The notes under the pieces are model-generated. The model had not been told where the DNA came from, did not search any database, and saw only the letters and a list, made by a program, of their open reading frames with translations. From Lepidodermella squamata (lineage: Eukaryota > Animalia > Gastrotricha), in the NCBI GenBank assembly GCA_047495785.1, contig JBLDXI010000034.1:1318139-1382138 (forward strand): 64,000 nt of DNA, read 5' to 3'. Position 1 is the stretch's first letter. Each line of letters starts with the position of its first letter. This document shows, one piece after another, positions 1-19,800 of the stretch. Made by a program: the position numbers and the translations under genes.

Positions 1-42
1 AATTTGCTAAAAATGCATGAAGTTGGGACGTGGACTTCATAC

Positions 43-414
43 CTGAAATCTCTGCTCGGCCTCGGCCACTTTTCGATCATTCGTCATTTTGTATGTCATA
101 AATTGTTCTTCCAGCTTTGAGATCATTTGTGTAAGTTGCTGCTTCAGGACCATCATTTCACTCTTCAAAGCCGAGTTTTCCTTCCGCAACTTTGTTAAAG
201 AAAAGTTATATACGAAACACCTCGAAAATTAATTTGAGACCTTGTCGATTAGATAGTCTTTATTGGATTCAATTGTTTGAGGACTAGAATCTGCCCCGCT
301 GTAATCGCGGCTTCGGGCTCTCACTGCGCTTCGAGATGTCAAAATCGGCTCGGCAAGCACAAAGAAGGGATGTCCACCCGCGGTCGAAAACCTCGCAACC
401 CCAGTCAGCGCCAT
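43..414 (-). CDS. 5' part of an unidentified coiled-coil protein gene running off the window start (exons ~414-241 and 189-43)
   Basis: ORF 229..414 has a GT donor after ...YLIDK (240). A 51-nt intron joins in frame to LRKENSALKSEMMVLKQQLTQMISKLEEQF...AEQRFQ (heptad-like), followed by another GT donor at 42. Confidence 0.45.
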
Positions 415-772
415 TGGATAGAACTAAACGCTAATAGCAATTCACTAAAAACAAATTCGGACAGATGAGGTGTGAGAGCAGCGTGGCGGTTGTTAAAGGC
501 CTACGGAGAGTTAGTGACGTGATTTGCTTAGATACCGCAAGTGCACCCGAAGGATTCGTCAGGCAGCATTTTTTTCGATCTCATCTAACGGCTCCATAGC
601 AATAATACTCTGTTGTAAATTATGCATACATCGATAAATATCAGATTTCCGCGATCCATGTTTTATTCATACCACAGGTATTATCCGACTCTCTCTTGAC
701 CACACGGAATTAATTAAAATTTTATATAATAAATCAAGTAAAATCAATGCCAGTTAAAGATTTGAAGTGTAA

Positions 773-2319
773 TTACGAATTTTTAGCCGAGGTTTTGACG
801 AAAACGGTTTTCGTCTCAAGGTAGGCGTCCAAGCCTTCCTCGCCCTTCTCTCGACCCCAGCCGCTCATCTTGTAGCCACCGAATGGCGCACCATCGCTAC
901 CAACACCGTAGCAGTTAACCCAGACAGTTCCAGCTCTGAGTCCCTCGCTAATGTAATTGATGGTGTCAACATTCTTCGAGAAAACAGCAGAGCCAAGGCC
1001 ATACGACGTATTGTTGGCTCGCTCAATGACTTCGTCCAAAGTCGAAAATTTCAGAATTTGCATGACCGGGCCGAAAATTTCCTCCCTAGCAATGCGCATG
1101 TCGTCCTTGACATCGGCGAACACAGTTGGCTCGAAGAAATTGCCCTTGCCAGCGATACGTTTGCCGCCGCATTTCAGAGTCGCGCCCTCCTTGATGCCGG
1201 ATTCCACGAGCTCAGCGATCTTCTTCATTGATGGTTCATCGATTTGAGCACCCTGTTCAACGCCGATTTCAAACGGATCGCCAACCGTGCGCTTCTTGGC
1301 ACGAGCAGCACTGGCTTCGACAAATTTGTCGTAGATAGACTCGTGGACGAAGGTTCGCGAGCCAGCAAGGCAGCATTGCCCTTGATTGAAGAAAAGCGCT
1401 TGGTGGGAAGCTTCAACAGCGTAGTCAACTGAAACAAAAGCTTTTTTATCAGAGGCGATCTTCCGAGCATAAACTTACAATCAGCATCCTCGCAAACAAT
1501 GTTAGGACTCTTGCCTCCCAACTCCAGGGTTACTCGCTTTAAATTGGTCGCTCCAGCGGCTTGGGCAATCAAACGGCCAACTTCAGTCGAGCCAGTGAAG
1601 CTGAGCTTATCAACATCCATATGGTTCGACAAAGCAGCGCCGGCAGTTGGGCCATAGCCAGACACGATGTTGACAACGCCATCAGGAAAACCCGCTTCCT
1701 TCGTCAAATGAGCGACGTACAAAGCCGATAGTGGTGATTGTTCAGCCGTCTTCATGACAACTGTGCAACCAGCAGCCAAGGCCGGGGCCAACTTCATCGA
1801 CTGCAGCAACAGCGGGAAGTTCCATGGGACGATGAGACCGGCAACTCCCTTAGGCTCGCGACGGGTGTAGCAGAAAAATGGACCTTCCGTTGGAATGGTC
1901 TTTCCGCAGATTTTGTCAGCCAATCCTCCGCAGTAGCGGTAGTAGTTGATCGCGATTTGAAGATCGACCAAGTAAGCTTCAGCGTACGGCTTTCCGACGT
2001 TCAGAGTCTCGAGCGAGGCTAGGTATTGGCGGTCACGTTCGATCAAGTCAGCGAGTTTAGCAAGCAGACGGCCTCGTTGCACCGGGTCCATGGTTCGCCA
2101 TGGTGAGTTGAGCGCGAACGCCTTGCGCGCTGCTTTCACAGCGACGTCGATATCCTCGGCAAGACCTTCGGCAACGTCGCAGATTTTCTCGCCTGTTGCT
2201 GGGTTGATGGCCGGGAATGTTTTGCCACTGATTGACGGCACCCATTGGTTGTTGATGAAGTGCTGGGTGAATTTCACTTCAGGGTTGCGATTCGGTGGTG
2301 GAACTTGTGGTGCTGCCAT
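773..2319 (-). CDS. Aldehyde dehydrogenase, ALDH1/2 family, without obvious mitochondrial presequence (exons 2319-1479, 1428-773)
   Basis: Motifs [42 protein letters not shown] and [10 protein letters not shown] 50-nt GT-AG intron (1429-1478) joins ORFs 1225..2340 and 773..1228 in frame. Confidence 0.93.
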
Positions 2320-3789
2320 TTTTTGGTTTAATTCGGGCAAAAAAGCGGTTTGTACCGGTGATGCGCAATTGTGCGCGCTTTATACAGCCAACTTCAGTTG
2401 ATAAAAAAATAACGGAATGAACGCGATAAAGCTTATTAATCCAAACCATTTGAGATAAAATGTCCAAACCAGCTGTCTCGGTGATAAACCCAGATTGGGG
2501 ACGTCCGGAAAATAAATCAGTTAAAAAGGGCAGCTCGAAAATGGCACCTTTGCTAATTGAAGCCGGTTGTGTTGATGATAAGGCCAGGTTGCTATTAACA
2601 TCGTTCGTGACGCTGCCTATCATTCCATTTGGCTGTAACTTCTTCCAGTGTGTCATAAGAAGTAGAAAATATCGCATAACGGAGCACTATGGCGATATAC
2701 TGTCAGATCGGGAGAATTTTACAGTCGGGGTCACTTTGACATGCCGAAATGGGGCGAATTCAGCAAATTGGAACATGGCTAGGCGAAAACGCTTTGAAAG
2801 CCCAGGAAAATTGGAAAAATAATTTGATTTTTGAACGAATTTCGAGGACTCAGCAGCTGGACGGTTTCCATCAAAATAACGAAATTGTTTCATTTTTAGA
2901 AGCCCTCTTTGGAGTCCGGCTGTATTAATACTTATTTCAAATTTCAAATTTCGAAGCTTTCCATCAAGCACTTCCGCTAGCTATAAAGACTTCAATTGAG
3001 CACTTTTCGCGGACTGAGGTAAATATCTCAATGTTGTCGGCTTCAAATCTATATCTTTGAAATATGCATTTTCATCGAAGTGTCAAGCAGGTCGACAGTT
3101 TTAGAACGGAAATTGCTCATTAAGATTCCTATCCACGTCGCGGCGAGTTTCAATATCGGGCGTCAATTTCAAAAATAAGTAATTAGAACTTGGATGAGGG
3201 ATTTCTGCTTATATTCGCATATAGTAATGCCATAATACCAGCGTGCGAAACATGTTGAACTTCGACCACCATGTGAACCGATGCTGTTATTTGCGGTCAT
3301 CATTTCAAATTAATTACCTGTTCAACTGCAAATAAATTAAGGCAATCCCATTCATCCGTGATGTGGTATAAACATAGGCGCGGCTTATCGCTACTGCAAC
3401 TGGTATATTTACACACCACCGAAAAAAAACGTTAACCACGCCACATAGCAGCCTCGTTACTGGCATAATGAAGATACGTCTGCTTATCTTCCTATCGAGT
3501 ACCGCAAATTTACCCTGTTTTCTGCTACGAGAGGAGAGCCGATAAGGCTCGTTAAGCACCCTAGATAAAAAACTGCCAGTCATGTCCAAACAAATAGGTA
3601 AAGAGATACTACGAGAGCAAAAAAGGCTGTGCTTTATTTCGCCGGAAGAAAAACAAGTGACTCCCTAAAATATTTGACGAGAAAAAATGCAAGTGTTGTG
3701 AATCCTCAATCAAAAAAAATATAGGCACACGGTCGATTTTCATAAATCAAGAAGAAAAACCAGTTATTTTAATCTCAGCAGCAGTTTTT

Positions 3790-5446
3790 TTACGAATTCT
3801 TCTGCGGAACCTTGGTGATGACGCATTTCGGCTCGGTGTACGCTTCGATGCCGTAGTCGCCCTTCTCACGACCCCAGCCGCTCATCTTGAAACCGCCGAA
3901 CGGCGCCTGGTCCGAGAAAATATCATAGCAATTGACCCAAACAGTTCCAGCGCGAACGCCTTGAGTCAAATAGTTGATCTTATCGACGTCACTCGAGAAA
4001 ATAGCCGCTGCCAAGCCGTAGGAAGTCTTATTCGCACGCTCGATAACTTCATCGAGCTTCTTGAACTTCAAAATCTGCATAACCGGGCCGAAGATCTCCT
4101 CACGGGCGATCGTCATATCGTCCTTGACGTCGGAGAAAACGGTCGGGGCAACGAAGTAACCCTTCGATCCGACACGGCTGCCGCCAGTGTGGAGCACGGC
4201 GCCTTCCTTCTTGCCGGTTTCGATGAGGCCGAGAATCTTCTTCATCTGGCTTTCATCGACCTGGGGGCCTTGCTCGTTCTTCGGGTCGAACGGGTCGCCA
4301 ACAGTGCGCTTCTTCGCGCGAGCAACGCTAGCCTCGACGAACTTGTCGTAGATCGATTCTTCAACAAAAGTCCTCGAACCAGCGGTGCAGCACTGGCCTT
4401 GGTTGAAGAACAGACCGAAGTGAGCCTGTTCGACGGCGTAGTCGAAGTCGCAGTCAGCGAGGATGATGTTAGGGCTCTTGCCGCCGAGCTCAAGGGTAAC
4501 ACGCTTCAAATTGCTTTGAACAGCCATTTCAGCGACCTTGACACCAATCTCCGTCGAGCCGGTGAAAGCAACCTTATCAACGTCAGGATGGCGGGCAAGG
4601 GCAGCACCAGCAGTTGGGCCGTAACCCGAAACGATGTTGATGACACCTTCGGGGAAACCGGCTTCCTTGGCGAGGTTAGCGACGTATAGAGCAGAAAGGG
4701 GGGTCTGCTCTGCAGTCTTCATAACAACAGTGCAACCTGCTGCGAGGGCTGGTCCTAGTTTCCAAGCTTGCATCAGAAGAGGGAAGTTCCACGGGATGAT
4801 CTGACCAACAACTCCCTTTGGTTCATGGCGAGTGTATGCAAAGAAGTCGCCATCTGTTATTACAATGTTATAATTAGTTAAATGTCAGAGCCATAAGAAC
4901 TCACCAACAGGGATGACTTTGCCCTGAATTTTATCCGCAATACCAGCGTAGTAACGAAGATGGCTGATCGAAAGCGGAACATCAATGTTGTATGAGGCAG
5001 AGTAGGGCTTGCCGTTATCGAGAGTCTCCAGCGACTAATAGGAAACAAAAAAATTTTAGGATCCAAACGCAATCGGCCAAACACACCGCAATATAACGAC
5101 GATCGCGCTCCATCAAATCTGCGAGTTTGTACAAGAGGCGACCACGCTGTGATGCGTCCATACGGCGCCAAGGCGAGCCAAGACGAAAAGCATCACGCGC
5201 AGCAGCGACAGCCTTGTCGATTTCGGCCTTGTCGCCCTCGGCAACTTCGACTATTTTCTCGCCTGTCGCTGGGTTCAAAACAGGGAAAGTCTTCTTGCTT
5301 GCCGACTCAACCCACTCGTTGTTGATGAAATGCTTGACATATTTTATTTCCGGCTTGCGGATCGGCTCAGCAATAGCAGCCGCAGACAAAGCACGGGCAG
5401 GAGTGAATCGGGCAGCAAATGCTGCACCACGGATGAGGCTCGACAT
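3790..5446 (-). CDS. ALDH2: Mitochondrial aldehyde dehydrogenase (ALDH2-like) (exons 5446-5087, 5034-4905, 4853-3790)
   Basis: Arg/Ala-rich N-terminal presequence [21 protein letters not shown]; motifs [38 protein letters not shown] and EEIFGPV; two 51-52-nt GT-AG introns. Confidence 0.92.
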
Positions 5447-7332
5447 CACGACGTAACTCGACTAGAAAAGAAAATAAGAATACAATAAGAAAGTTTCTCC
5501 AATCGGAATTTTCTGAATTACGACACTGTAGCTGCTTGGGAGATTACGGGTACTTATGCTTAAAAAATGGTTTCAGCGTTTTTATTAGAAGTCGACAACG
5601 AGAAGGGTAGGTGGTTTGGAGAGAAACTTTCGAAAGTGGATATTGTCTCATGTAACGGTGGCGATGCGATAAGATGTGACTGTTCCTTGAGATACACATG
5701 TAAAGGAAGACTCGTCGATCAACAGGTAACACAGTCAGAAGGCAACAGGACAAGATCGAGAATGGTCCAAACTCCACACTCAGGGGCCTCTCTGCACGTG
5801 AAGAGCGTCACATGATCTGATTTTTGGCGCGTCTTTGCGGTTGAAGGTGAACAAATGATTTTGTTAAAAGCTCAATTACACTGATAAAACAATTTATGCA
5901 ATCCCAAATATCAGTTATTGCTCTATTATCTTTATAAATTTGCCGCATGCTATTTAAAATAAAAAATCGTCTTCTCCAAGTGTCCGCTTACGCATAACGA
6001 GCTCATGAAACTACGCCGAGATAGTGCTTTCGATGAGGATTCACGAAACAATGGGAATCAGTATATGTTACCTACTCCTTACTCCCGAATCTGACGCATG
6101 CCTTGCTTTTAAGATGAAAACTTGAATGTTGCATGGCGAATGGGTTAAACCTTGTCGACTAGCCTGCTTCGCCTAGAATTTCACACCTGGAATAAGACAA
6201 TCCGAATACATCAACATTCATGACTAGATTCCACTTCTGTCCTTCATCACAGTTCGGCAGATGCCGTTTGATCTCAGATCGCCCACTTTGTTGAGCGCAT
6301 GGACTCCGTCTTGACTGAAACAGCCGACCTCAACCTCCCGGATTCCGGACGGACTAGAGTTCTCTGACTGAGTTATGATCGCACGCAGAGCCACCTTTCC
6401 CATAGGAAAGGAGAGTTTATATGCAGAATGCTTTATTCGGAGCTGCAACTAACTACACGCTGGAATTGACTTGTTTCAGCTCACTTATCGCACTTCTTCA
6501 GGAGATGACTTCTAGCCAATAATTGATGCCAATCGCTTGAGCTTTATACGATTCATCGCGAATTAAGACCCTTCAGAAATACTTGAATTTCCCTTCGAGA
6601 TCGCTATTTCACAAAACGATTGAAAGGGAAATAAGTTTTGTCTGTGAAAAAACGTAATTCCTAATTCTCCAAGGCGCTTTGCAGTAGGTGTACGTTTATT
6701 GTGCACATCGATTAGGTAATAGCACTCAGCATGTAACTCCTTGTTGTATGTACATCATTATAGATCAACGCCGCAATCAATCATCACTGAACATGATCGT
6801 GACTAAGCCCCGAGTAGGTCACTTTAACCGCAAATATACAGCGGTCGCCACTGAAGCCGCTAAAAGGAAGATTTTCACTGCTCGGTACCACATTTTCAGT
6901 GCATCATGTTAATTTCTAATGAATAAACATCACAAGATTCCCATTACACAAATCTTAGTAGTAAACGAAAATTCTGCAGTTGATTGGATTGCAGCCTCCG
7001 AATCATAGGTGGAATAAAACATGCATTGCAAAAACAACTGTTTCCACTATGTTTTACTTTTTCAATTTGCCATCAAAGCGACCAGCTCAATGCCAGCAGC
7101 AGAAGTACAAAAAGCGCATCTCAAACAAAATTCAGAAGTTAATACCATAACATGACATAATAAGCCGATGTTTCGCATAACAATGTCCCGTACCAGTGCA
7201 ATAAAAATTAGTGCATGTGGAATTACTATGAGCTGATTTAGCGGTGCCTTTTTCATAATGAGAAAATATAAGAATAAAACCGCTCAGCTGGGCGGAATAA
7301 AACAATAGTGGAAAATTTGCAATAGGTATAGT

Positions 7333-8031
7333 TTAATGCGTCGTGGTTTCGTCGCCCATGCGTTGATACGGCGTTGAAGACGTTTGTCCATCGACGGCTC
7401 GGTTGGCTTCCTTGGTCAAGCCGTATTTCGTGCGAATTTCGTTGTACTTGGTCTCGCGTTCAGCCCTGCGCTCCTCGTTTCGCATGCGACGCTCTTCATC
7501 CTGTTCCTGCATGCGAGCTTCTTCTTGGCGCTCACGGCGCGAGATTCGAGACGAGGAACCGCGGCAACAACAGCAGTAAATGCAGCAGCAGAAGGTGACC
7601 AAAATGAGGAAACCACCGACGGATAACAGGCAAATCGCCATGAGCAATAAGGAAACAGCGCAGGTGTGATACTTAACCGAACCCATCGCGCAGGTTCCAT
7701 CATAGGGTATACCAAAAATCGTATTTTTCGGCATGGGCAAACAAGCTTTTTTCGATTCGCAATAGTAGCACTAAAAAAGAGGAATTGACCTATAACTTAA
7801 ACATAAGATAACCAATATTTACCTCGTTGTCATATTGCAAACAGTCTGAACAGGAAGCATTGTACATTTCACAATCTATAAATATAAAATAATTTGCGGG
7901 ATTCATAGATGATATTCCAGCTTCAACTAACGTATTATCGGCTTGGAAGTCGTTGTATTTTGAGCAAATACACCATCGACGAGACAAAAAGCAGCAAAAA
8001 GTGCAGCAGTCACAACAAACTTAATCATCAT
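7333..8031 (-). CDS. PTTG1IP/PBF-like type I membrane protein (signal peptide, PSI domain, TM helix, Cys cluster, charged tail); 3 exons
   Basis: Signal MMIKFVVTAALFAAFCLVDGVFA; PSI-like CEMYNASCSDCL..CYYCESKKAC; TM followed by CCCIYCCCC; tail ...RAERETKYNEIRTKYGL...PYQRM, matching the PTTG1IP C-terminal pattern with a YxxPhi motif. Confidence 0.8.
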
Positions 8032-8187
8032 TGTAGTTAAATGTTCTAGGAATAAACAGCAATGATCAGCGGGTCGTGTTGTGTAGCAAAAAATCGAAGT
8101 ACAAGAATAAAATTGCAAGCTTGATTGCTAAAATCATACAAATTTTGATCAATAAATCACACATAAGCTTGATTAGAAAGCACTATG

Positions 8188-8881
8188 TTACTCGTTGTCC
8201 AATTTGGAATACTTGTTCTGAATACCGTACTTCATTCTGATCTCATCATAACGTGACTCGCGAGCTTCATTGCGAGCAGCACGGCCGGATTTCTTATCCT
8301 CCTCTTGCTGATTAGTCCAGGTCACCTCAATATTGCTAGTTTTTCAAAACCTTATTTTACGCGAAATGTTGAGAAAACAATTAGGCTTACTCCATGTCTA
8401 CCCTTGGTCTCTTGTGGCAACGAATGCAGCAACAACAACAGATGAGCAATCCGGCAAGGAGAAGACCACCCCCCACTGACAAAATGCTGATTGCCAACAC
8501 CAACAAACTTACATCGCATGTCTTGTACATGGCGGTATCCAATGAGCATTCATCATCAAGCGGTAAACCAAAAGGCATATTGCTGGGAAGGGGTCGACAT
8601 TCTTTGAGAGAACCGCAATAATAACACGAAGTGGATGCATCCAAGCAAGTCTCGCAGCTCTGACCATACTTGGAGCAATCTTTAATTCAAGCGAAATGAA
8701 CAAAAAATGATCATGAAACGAATATGGCGCAAGAATATTTGGTACCAAAAGAGGCTTCAGTTGTAGTAATTGGATCAACTGAAGCAGTAGTTGTGTCAGG
8801 TTCAGGAGCTGAGGTGGTAGGGTCGTCAGCTAGTCCAGACACGAATAATAAACAAAAAATGAAACATATTGGGAACTCCAT
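8188..8881 (-). CDS. Second PTTG1IP/PBF-like paralog with Thr-rich stalk; 3 exons
   Basis: Signal MEFPICFIFCLLFVSGLA; CSKYGQSCETCL..CYYCGSLKEC; TM followed by CCCC; spliced last exon ...RNEARESRYDEIRMKYGIQNKYSKLDNE*. Confidence 0.78.
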
Positions 8882-10175
8882 GTTTAAGATTGACGAGTCT
8901 ACGATACAGACATCATTCGTGAAAAGGTTCGTGACTTGCGAGCAATGCTTAAAACTTAGAAATTAGCCAATGATAAAAATTTGATAGTAATTATCGCTAC
9001 TATACCATTATTTCACTGCAGAAATTGAGCTTCAAAGTCCAAATGTTTCTAAGTTTGATATAAAACCATGGGCAGAGAAAAGTCATGGTTTCGAGGAAAA
9101 TAGCTTCGTTAAATAGGTCAGCTCATTATTGGAAGAATGAGACTGTGTTTTCAACAATCGTGACTGACGGTGGATTATAACGTAAAAGACAACAGATTTC
9201 CTACAAATTTATTTTTAATCTGGCTGTTGGCTGGCTGAGTTCAAAGCTGACAAGCAAGAAAGATTTTCTTAGTTGGTAACTTCAAGTCGTCGAAGAGGGA
9301 AATCGAGACGGTCTCTGACGAGCACACTGAATTGTCCCAAATCATCAAGGTCTCTTGATAATCACGCTCCAAATCGCATGATGTTGGCGGAGTGTATTGT
9401 GTATTGTTTAAAGGATTCAAGATGCTGAGCTTTTGAGTGAGTGTCCATAAACTGTGAAGGCGTCCTGTACAGTAGCCGCAAGTTAGCGAGATATCGGAAT
9501 ATCTTGGCCATGCAAAATTTTTCCCTGGGACCGAAAGAGAAAGAACCCCGATTCTACAAGTTAAAGGGGAAGACAGGTGACAGGTGACAGCGGAAACACG
9601 AAGAAGCGAACCTTCATTCTGATCTTAACATCCGGGGACAAAGATCAGAAACTATTCATTAATGCGCGCCATAACTGCGTTGCTTTGATTTTCACGCAAT
9701 TAATTAATTAAAATTTTGTAAATCAAAAAAACATACTTATAGATTGCCGAATTCAGAAAAACAAGACAATCTTGTCCTTCAACTTTGAAGCCGCGGTTTT
9801 CGAAGCCCGACCGATCGATAAGTTCGCGCCTTTTGCTAGTGAGTTTGACGTGCCTTCCGTTTATCCGATGTGCCGTGGGGCGTCTTTAGGCGTGCTCGCG
9901 CGGCAATTATGCCTTTAGCATTGAACGAAAATTGCTAAAATTGGCATGTACCTGGCAATTGACACTCGACACTATCGAAGGCAGACTCAAGTGTCGATCA
10001 GTCATGATCTAGCTGATAGATGCGTTAATGGCGGGCGGATGATTATGAACATGAAGCCTAATCTAGTCGCTAGTATAGGGTGTATCTTTGTTTAACTCGA
10101 AAAAAATTAAATAGTAGAACTCTAGTCGCCGCTAGCATATATATATATTTTTTTTTTTGCTATGTTAGGGTTTAG

Positions 10176-16510
<6,335 letters not shown>

Positions 16511-16804
16511 CTTCCATTTTACTTGTTTCTTTTTCATCGTTTCATCATCCAAGATCTGATCTTATCAATTCGTATTATTTGATTTGCCTGTGTTTTTTCG
16601 TAAATTTCTTATACTAGTCTTTGAACGTATGCATATGTACACAAATTTGACTATTGAAGCGTATGTTGATCGTAATTTCATCCGAATTCTTATTCATCAA
16701 TAATATTTGCTACTACCGCATTTATTGTTTTTTGCTGTAGATCATGTTATTGTGTGATTTTATGGCGTGAGAAATCGCCGTCCCCACGATACACGCGGCT
16801 CAAA

Positions 16805-19800
16805 ATGAGTGAAGTAAGCAGTGTCAGTATCGATCGAGTCAAAGTTCTAGTTTTGGGCGATTCTGGTGAGTTGTCTTTAATTTTCCATATTTCGCCAGTA
16901 ATCTTTGCGTTTGAAGGTGTTGGCAAGACGAGTTTGGTGCACCTTATCGCCTCAGGTCTGGTTTTGCCCCGTGGTCCTGGTTGGACTGCTGGTTGCAATG
17001 TTGAAGTTCGATATCACGAATACGCCGCTGGGACTTGTAAGTTTTTACTGAAACCTTGAAAAATCGAAATTTGCTGGCAGCTTAAAAATTCCAAAATGGA
17101 AATTATTTTGACTTAACTCGGATATTTCCGCTGGCGGAACGGATTTAGATGAACCGTAGCGAGCCATGTCATGTAATTAATCTGCGCAGCTATTATCTTA
17201 AATTTGTTACTTTTTGCTTTTTATTTTCGTATTATGATTACGAGAATCAGGTACCAGTTAGATCCTCCTAGAGACTGAATTTCGACTGGTCCGGCTACAT
17301 CCGGCTATGGACTAGATCAAACTCGCATTTTGATCTTTGATAACTGACTTTAGAATGTGTTGCTCGATGAGCACAGGGTTCACAATCATCGAGAATGTGG
17401 CGACCTTAAGACCATCAACCAGGTTGTGTCGAAGGATTTGTTTCCGTGCTGACGATCCGGCATGTCCGAATCGGCGATGCCATTGAGTGTAAGTGGGTGC
17501 GAGGAGTGCGTGGTGAGACTTCTGTCGTAAAAAATAAAGCCCGTCAAGTTTGTCCGCAATTCACACTTCTGTATTTGACAAATTAAGGTCTCGAATTTGT
17601 GCGTTTGTCTTGGTAAAAATGGCAATATTATCCTTTTCTCTGGCAGCAGGGACACTAAATAAGTTTGAGGCCAGGCCTGGTACGTACATGACGTCCTCAA
17701 GTTGCACCCAAAATGCCTACGAATCCGATGCTGCTGCTTAATTGGCACCGCGCCGGACCAGTTGACTGGAATCCAACGCCCCAGGTCCCCAGGTAGACGT
17801 TGGTTTGCTCGACAAGCCTAGTCGGGTTCCTGAAGAGACGTGGATTGTTGCCAATATGCGAACTGGCGCCTGAGTCTAGAACCCATTGGTGAGATTGAGC
17901 CTTGCTAGCGAGTAAAGAGTAGCATTTTCTGGGTGTCATTCCCGAGTACGCATTTAAAATACCTGGAGCAGAACTAGTATCCTTCCGAGCGGCAGCCGGG
18001 AAGTATGGCAACGATCACTTGGGATCAAGTCGTCTAGATGGATCTGGATCTAGAATTTGTATTGTTGTTTTCATGGGAGGTTGCTGTTAAAATATGCTGA
18101 TGCTTTTCCACTCGATTTCGAATACGTCGTTTGTGCATTCCAACCACGGTCTCCGATCTGGGACGCGAACTTCTGAGCTCGTCATTAATCTCATCAGCAT
18201 TGACTGGAACCAAATAACTCAACGGCATTTCATGAACATTTTGAACAGCTGAGCGGAAAACCGAAGCTTAATTGAACTGCGAAATAATTAGAAAATTCAC
18301 AATTGAAAACACCTCAATATTTTCCGCTTGTTCTGGATGGTAGATATTCAGCTTCACGAATTTACGGCTTGTTTGATCAAGTGTTAGTTGGAGCAGTTGA
18401 TGGGCTATCTCCTGAGCCGAATAATCGCGATTGCCAACGTCAAGGGTGAACTCAGCTCAGCGGACATTTTTTTGCTATTGGCAACATAGCCAACAAGATA
18501 CTTCAGAAACCAACAATGTTGAAAATTAGGGCTAAGTCGCAGTTAGCTCTCCATGCAAACGTGATGAGTAGGTCGTAACTGTTGAGATTTTCATTCGAAT
18601 TCCTCACCGCCCCAGGGGGGCATGACGGCGCGGTTAGTAAGGGGTGGGAGGGGAGTGTGAAAAAAGTCCAGCGTGACTGCAACAAATGATATTGCCTTAA
18701 TACATAAGTATCGATTATTGTTGACAAAAAACTAAATACCTAACAGCGGAGGCGAATCAGATAGAAAGCGCGCCGCATGACCACCCTCCCGTCCGAACCG
18801 TGGTCTCGTAAACGGCGAGGCAGCTCGGTCTTCAAAGCCTAGCGGCATGACAAACGATGCGACCGCTGGAGATGTTAACAACGAAATCGGTGGTGCAGGC
18901 GGTCGATTAGTCGGCGCCTCGGCATAAGGAGTGAGAACAATTTCATATGAAAATTCGACACTATTTTATTGAAATTTCAATTTTACGGCTCGGCTTGAAA
19001 TAAATTCGGCCTTGAAAGGCTGTTTTCGTCTAATAGAATCTAAGGAAGCAAATATTGGTTACTATGGCTCGCTACGGTTTGCCAGAAACCTCTCCGGGAT
19101 TTGAATATTTTTGAAAAATTGAAACTTCATAGCAATTATCCAAAATCTGGTGTTAACCAATTTTTTAAATATTTTCAGCTCGAGAGCAGCCATATTTTGT
19201 TGAATTATGGGACGTTGGCGGCTCAGCAGCTCTGCAAGCCGTTCGCCCGCTGTTCTACGGCGGTGCCCACGGCTACATTCTCGTCCACGATATGACAAAC
19301 CGAAAATCTCTTCAAAACCTGAAAACAGTGTGGCTAAACGAGCTGACCGCCGCAGCATCAGCCCAGCCGTCAACTTCCAGCCTATCGTCATCACCCTGGT
19401 CCTCCTCGTCGTCGCCCTCGTCATCCTCGAGTAACACAACAATCCTACTACCACCCCAGGCGCCTTGTCTATTAATCGGGACGAAGGTTGACGCGTTATC
19501 AGGCGGTGATAAAGTTAATGGCGAGTACGTTCTGCCGATGTCGAATCGAAAAGCAAGTTCGAGCGGGTCGAGTTGGCCTGGCCTGGGCGTCACAATAACA
19601 GCCGAATCGATATGCAAAACTGTGGGCGGCGCGGAGCATATAACAGTCGATTGTCATAACGCTAGGTCGTTAGCGCCTGGTTCTTCGAATTCGGTGGCGA
19701 TTACGCGGTTTTTCGATAAAGTTATCGATGTCAAACTGGCGATGACGCTGTCTGGCAATGGGTTGTCTTCGTCGATGGGTGGGTCTAGCAATATGTTGAG

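Noticed and set aside
1225-1478. Apparent frameshift between the two ALDH ORFs, suggesting a pseudogene
   Set aside because: A 50-nt GT-AG intron (1429-1478) restores the frame.
3961-4689. 242-aa plus-strand ORF (and similar ORFs opposite ALDH, SMC3 and the thyroglobulin-repeat gene)
   Set aside because: Antisense shadows of codon-biased genes; no independent motifs or splice structure.
9000-9600. Possible minus-strand gene starting MAKIFRYLANLRLL near 9511
   Set aside because: It stops after about 49 codons and I could not build a consistent spliced model.
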